64,000 nucleotides of DNA from a bacterium (GTDB lineage Bacteria; Patescibacteriota; JABMPQ01; JBDRIV01), in NCBI GenBank assembly GCA_043815505.1, contig JBDRIV010000004.1, positions 7,135 to 71,134 on the forward strand. Direction: 5' to 3'. Below the pieces are notes generated by a model. That model was not told the DNA's origin. It did no database searches and saw only the letters and a list, made by a program, of their open reading frames with translations. Position 1 is the first letter of the stretch. Each line of letters starts with the position of its first letter. Below, one piece after another: positions 59,869 to 64,000 of this stretch. A program made the position numbers and the translations under genes.

Positions 59869-59946
59869 TTAACTCAAATTTCAAAAGTAAAAGAGTCAAA
59901 GGATTAGATTGGTACTTTTGATTTTTGAGTTTTCCTTTTGACTTAA
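59869..59946. repeat. Heptamer fold-back element, family A copy 3, in the rpsL 5' leader
   Basis: Minus strand TTAAGTCAAAAGGAAAACTCAAAAATCAAAAGT...CTTTGACTCTTTTACTTTTGAAATTTGAGTTAA. Confidence 0.8.
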
Positions 59947-59950
59947 TATA

Positions 59951-59979
59951 TTATTACCATACGCTAATTTTTCTGTCAA
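59951..59979 (-). promoter_or_regulatory. Promoter of the str superoperon
   Basis: TTGACA-17 nt-TAATAA(T) with TG extension; the -10 box is imperfect. Confidence 0.55.
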
Positions 59980-60005
59980 CAAATTTCTTTAAAAAATTAG
60001 TGGAT

Positions 60006-60042
60006 AAAAATAAAACGATATAACATCACGTTATATCATTTT
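60006..60042 (-). terminator. Intrinsic terminator after the GT4 pair
   Basis: AAAATGATATAAC-gtgat-GTTATATCGTTTT followed by ATTTTT. Confidence 0.6.
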
Positions 60043-60059
60043 AGTCAATGTTGATACCT

Positions 60060-61100
60060 TTATTTTTTGATTACCTTTTCATAAGCCTCAAGATAACCAG
60101 CGGCCATCTTTTCTTTAGAGAAATTTTCTTGAGCATGTTCGTGACATTTTCTTCTATCCAGCTTTTCAATTTCTGGAATTTTTGCCGCTAACTCATCTGT
60201 AGTACTGCGTAAAAAACCTGTTTCCCCATCTATAATCAGCTCTTTGGTAGAACCTCTATCAGTAGCTAAAACCGGTGTTCCGCAAATCATTGATTCTACA
60301 AAGAAAAGTCCAAATGGTTCTTCCCATTGAATTGGTGCAATTAAAGCTTTAGCATTACCAAGTAATTCAACTTTTTCTTTGTGTCCAATCTCACCAATAT
60401 ATTCAATTTGGTCTCCATCAATTAAAGGCTTAACTTCTTTTTCATAAAATTCAGAATCATGAGGATCAATTTTAGCTGCCATTTTTAGTTTAACACTAGC
60501 TTTTTTAGCAATCTCGATTGCCTGTACCGGACCTTTTTCTGGCGAAAATCTTCCGAGGAAAGCATAATAATCTTGAGGCCGATCAAAATATTTAAATTTC
60601 TTTGTATCCAAACCATTATATACATTAGCAACATAATTAACATTGGGAAGTGGATTTCTTTGATTCATACTAATACTGACATAATTTGTTTCTGGAAAAG
60701 ATCCATAAATTTTATTTTGGTCCTCAGGTTCCAGTGGTCCATGCAAAGTTGTTACAATAGGTGACGCTAGCATTTCTTCAAACGCTAGTATTCTCCAGCC
60801 AATATTATTATGTATAATATCGTATTTATTTTTACTTAAATGACTAACTATTTTTGCAACTTCCTTAACTTTCATAGAATCTCGCAATTTCGCATTTTGA
60901 AACTCATCATATTTTCTAAAAGCCTTTGGAAAAGTTGGGATTAAATGTGCATTTGTTTTTGAATCACCAGTAGCAAATAGTGTAACATCGTGACCTTGTT
61001 TTGTAAGGACTTCTATGAAATTAGCAATCACTAATTCTATTCCCCCATATTTTGGTGGTGGAACGGATTCATCAAATGTAGATAAAACTGCAATTTTCAT
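60060..61100 (-). CDS. GT4 glycosyltransferase
   Basis: PPPKYGGIE, VYNG, GRFSPEKG and WEEPFGL motifs. Confidence 0.93.
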   Translation of the reverse strand: MKIAVLSTFDESVPPPKYGGIELVIANFIEVLTKQGHDVTLFATGDSKTNAHLIPTFPKAFRKYDEFQNAKLRDSMKVKEVAKIVSHLSKNKYDIIHNNIGWRILAFEEMLASPIVTTLHGPLEPEDQNKIYGSFPETNYVSISMNQRNPLPNVNYVANVYNGLDTKKFKYFDRPQDYYAFLGRFSPEKGPVQAIEIAKKASVKLKMAAKIDPHDSEFYEKEVKPLIDGDQIEYIGEIGHKEKVELLGNAKALIAPIQWEEPFGLFFVESMICGTPVLATDRGSTKELIIDGETGFLRSTTDELAAKIPEIEKLDRRKCHEHAQENFSKEKMAAGYLEAYEKVIKK

Positions 61101-61109
61101 TATAGATAA

Positions 61110-62183
61110 TTAATTTTTATTCAAAATTTTAAAATAAAGCTTTTCGTAATTATCAACCATTTTCTCGATTGTAAACATGTTTTCAACTCGCTTTCTACAA
61201 TCAAAGGGTTTAATGGTATTTAATTTATTAAGAGCCTCTATCATTTCGTCCAAACTTTTACATAAGAAACCTGTTTTTTTGTCTTCAATAACTTCTGGTA
61301 ATGCACCTTTACTTAAAGCAATTGTTGGGGTTCCAGTTGCCATGGCTTCAATTGATACCAAGCCAAATGGCTCTTCCCATTGCAAGGGAAAAATAAAAGC
61401 TTTTGCTCGGCTAATATAATCAAACAATTCTTCTCGAGCAACAGCACCATGATGAAATATTTGTTTATTATCAATATACGGCTTAATTTTTTTATCCCAA
61501 TAATCACTCTTTTCTTCTGGCGTTCCAAAAATATGCAATTTATGATTGGTTTTTTTAGCTATTTCAATCGCTTCTGATACTCCTTTGGTTTCAACAATTC
61601 GACCTACAAAGATTAGAAAATCTTCTTTTTCCTCTTTAAAAGGAATGTTTTTTATATCAATTCCATTATAAACTGTACCTATGTATTGTAATTCGGGTAA
61701 ATCTTTTCTTTGATTATCACTAATACTTACATAATACTGAGTATTAAAATAATATTTAAGTATATCTTTCTTTTTTGTAGCATCATCTAAAGGGCTATGT
61801 AAAGTTGATACTGTTGGTATTTTAACTAAGGGCGCATAATAAGCTGAACGAACATCATAATTACTATGAATAATATCAAATTCTCCAGCTTCTGCCATTT
61901 GATAAGCTTTAGATATTAATAGATGTTCATAATCTTTATGTCTACCGACACCAACATTTTTCCATGTAGCTTCATCAGTAACGCTAATCAATTTTGCGCT
62001 AACTTCTGAATCCCCAGATGCAAACACAGTAACCTCGTGTCCTTTTCTCACCATGCCTTCAGCAATTTCGTAAATAATCATTTCTGGAGCTCCAGAAAAA
62101 CCCTTTGGAACATATTTTGCCATTGGCAAAGGAGGAATACGAATAAAGTTTGATGCTAATATAGCTATGCGTAATTTTCTCAT
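61110..62183 (-). CDS. GT4 glycosyltransferase (paralog of the neighbouring gene)
   Basis: FASGDS, VYNGID and WEEPFGLVSIEAMATG motifs. Confidence 0.93.
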   Translation of the reverse strand: MRKLRIAILASNFIRIPPLPMAKYVPKGFSGAPEMIIYEIAEGMVRKGHEVTVFASGDSEVSAKLISVTDEATWKNVGVGRHKDYEHLLISKAYQMAEAGEFDIIHSNYDVRSAYYAPLVKIPTVSTLHSPLDDATKKKDILKYYFNTQYYVSISDNQRKDLPELQYIGTVYNGIDIKNIPFKEEKEDFLIFVGRIVETKGVSEAIEIAKKTNHKLHIFGTPEEKSDYWDKKIKPYIDNKQIFHHGAVAREELFDYISRAKAFIFPLQWEEPFGLVSIEAMATGTPTIALSKGALPEVIEDKKTGFLCKSLDEMIEALNKLNTIKPFDCRKRVENMFTIEKMVDNYEKLYFKILNKN

Positions 62184-62202
62184 TTTTTAATCTTAATTTC
62201 TT

Positions 62203-63390
62203 CTAGTATAGCAGTTTAATGAAGTGTTCCACAACCCCGTTTGTCCAACCAAAACCAATTTGATTGGGATAACGATTTTTTATATTCTCCAAGTTTCCGG
62301 TTTCGCCATTATATTTTTCCCAAATCTCCCCTGTTTCCACCCAATTATCAAAAACCATTTCTACAAAGCTTAAGGCTAATTCCTGTGCTTTTTCCGAATA
62401 ACCATAATCAGACAAGCCTTTGTAAACAATCCATTGCAAAGGTGCCCAAATTATTGGCCAACTCCACTGATGTTCTTCGTGTCCATATTTTTCATCGGTT
62501 GTAGCCACCCCACCTTTAGTCTGAAATATTTTTAAATTTTGATAGAGCTTTTCTGCTTGCTCTTTTGTAGCTAGACCAACGAACATGCTTTGATAAGCTG
62601 CTAGTGATTTTATTTTTTTCTGCTCTTTGGTTTTAACATTATAATCATAAAACAATCCATCATCTTCATTCCATAAATATTTATTTATTAAATCCTTTCT
62701 CTGTTCCGCTTTTTGTAACCAATTTTCAGCTTCTGCTTTTTTCCCTAATATTTTTGTAAATTCAGAGAAATCTTTTTCATATTGATACAAATTACAATTC
62801 AAATCTATTGATACTAAATTTAAAACATCGATATCATCAAAACGCGGCGTGGTGTCCCACCCTGATTCGGCCACAGTTTTATATTCTTTATTATGATTAG
62901 CATCATCTCCTGACGCATCAAAATATCGACTTAAACCAATGCTAGTTTTGTGATCATCATTTAACCAATAAGTTTCATATTCTTTTTGAGCGTAAGAATA
63001 TGCTTTCTCTAACCAGTTCATATCATTATTCCAACTATCAACTTCTTTGATCATTAAAGTTAAGTATGGTGATTGTGAACGAGTGGCCCATCTTACCTTA
63101 TTGGCATTTAAAGTGTGGTTATAGTTCTCAATTTCATAGAAGAAATTTTCCACAACTCCTTTTACCAATTTATGACGACCCTCATCAGAAAACCCCAACA
63201 TAGTAAAATAACTGTCCCAATAAAACATGGTATCGAATTTATCACGATTAGGTACCACGTAATCATTGGGTAAATACAAAATGGCGTTAAGGTCGTCTAA
63301 CTCCTTAACACCGTCGCGCGAATTCAATGTGAGCTCATCCCACATAGCGGCAATGTATTTTTGTAAATCTTTTATTTTATTTTTAACCAT
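62203..63390 (-). CDS. Alpha,alpha-trehalase (GH37)
   Basis: FYWDSYF, RSQSP, AESGWD, QW..P..WAP, EKY and GFGWTNG motifs; no signal peptide. Confidence 0.92.
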   Translation of the reverse strand: MVKNKIKDLQKYIAAMWDELTLNSRDGVKELDDLNAILYLPNDYVVPNRDKFDTMFYWDSYFTMLGFSDEGRHKLVKGVVENFFYEIENYNHTLNANKVRWATRSQSPYLTLMIKEVDSWNNDMNWLEKAYSYAQKEYETYWLNDDHKTSIGLSRYFDASGDDANHNKEYKTVAESGWDTTPRFDDIDVLNLVSIDLNCNLYQYEKDFSEFTKILGKKAEAENWLQKAEQRKDLINKYLWNEDDGLFYDYNVKTKEQKKIKSLAAYQSMFVGLATKEQAEKLYQNLKIFQTKGGVATTDEKYGHEEHQWSWPIIWAPLQWIVYKGLSDYGYSEKAQELALSFVEMVFDNWVETGEIWEKYNGETGNLENIKNRYPNQIGFGWTNGVVEHFIKLLY

Positions 63391-64000
63391 ATTTGGAAAG
63401 TGTCTTTTTTATAAAATCAATTCCCCAATTATAAATATTTCTTTCTTTTAAAACTTTTTTCATTTCACGATTTACTTTGGTTTTATCTTTGCCTTTCATT
63501 TTTAAAGCTTCGTTTAAGGCATCGGCTGATCCTTCAGCGTCGTAAGGATTAATAAGTTTAGCTGACTTTAAATCTTTGGACGCGCCAGTAAATTTAGATA
63601 AAACTAACATCCCTTTATTTTCTTTGTTACAAACCACAAATTCTTTGGCTACCAAATTCAAACCATCATCAAGGGGGCTTACTATACAAACATCCGCAAA
63701 TTTGAAAAGTTGCAATAATTCTTCCCGCGGAAAACTTCTTCTGATTAATCTAATTGGTTGCCATTTACGATTGCCGAATTTTATATTAATTCGATTCATT
63801 AAAGCTGTAATTTGTCGGTCGTAAGCTCGGTAAGCAGGAATAGAAATTCGCGAAGGAATTCCAATGGCTAAATGTACTAATTTGTTTCGATAACGAGGAT
63901 ATTTTTCTAGTAGTTTTTCAATTATTTTAAAGCGCTCAATGATTCCTTTGGTATATTCAATACGTTCAGCACTTATCACTAAATATTGATAATTAATATT
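63383..64000 (-). CDS. otsA: Trehalose-6-phosphate synthase (GT20), C-terminal part only
   Basis: ERIEYTKG, PSR, DGLNLVAKEF, LSKFTGA and INPYD motifs; frame is open to the window end. Confidence 0.9.
   Translation of the reverse strand, partial: NINYQYLVISAERIEYTKGIIERFKIIEKLLEKYPRYRNKLVHLAIGIPSRISIPAYRAYDRQITALMNRINIKFGNRKWQPIRLIRRSFPREELLQLFKFADVCIVSPLDDGLNLVAKEFVVCNKENKGMLVLSKFTGASKDLKSAKLINPYDAEGSADALNEALKMKGKDKTKVNREMKKVLKERNIYNWGIDFIKKTLSKYG

Overview
AT-rich, gene-dense bacterial window, almost all on the minus strand. It is most likely from a Patescibacteria (CPR, Parcubacteria-like) genome. This is inferred from the missing rpmD, long charged extensions on ribosomal proteins, weak or absent Shine-Dalgarno sites, and CPR-type surface repeat proteins. 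TGA is used as a stop, so the genetic code is 11. Layout: (1) 1-37.9 kb is a very large surface-glycan region. It holds GDP-/dTDP-/UDP-sugar enzymes, many GT2/GT4 glycosyltransferases, a GT-C candidate, Wzz/Wzy-like proteins, PAPS supply and recycling (sat-cysC, cysQ), two sulfotransferases, metK, two methyltransferases, a radical SAM enzyme and an anchored glycoside hydrolase. (2) 37.9-42.5 kb holds two HtrA proteases, a small Zn-finger protein, a polyprenyl-phosphate GT and ruvX. (3) 42.5-59.9 kb is a fused str-S10-spc ribosomal superoperon running from rpsL to map. (4) 60-64 kb holds two GT4 genes, a trehalase and a partial trehalose-6-phosphate synthase. The most unusual signal is in the ribosomal superoperon, which carries several families of small repeats. 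Two families of 7-nt-periodic fold-back elements fill intergenic spacers. A 78-bp inverted-repeat element duplicates the rpsE start codon. A REP-like ~21-23-nt motif is read in frame inside the terminal extensions of L22, L23, S17 and L15. All coordinates, alignments and base counts were done by eye; no database searches were run.
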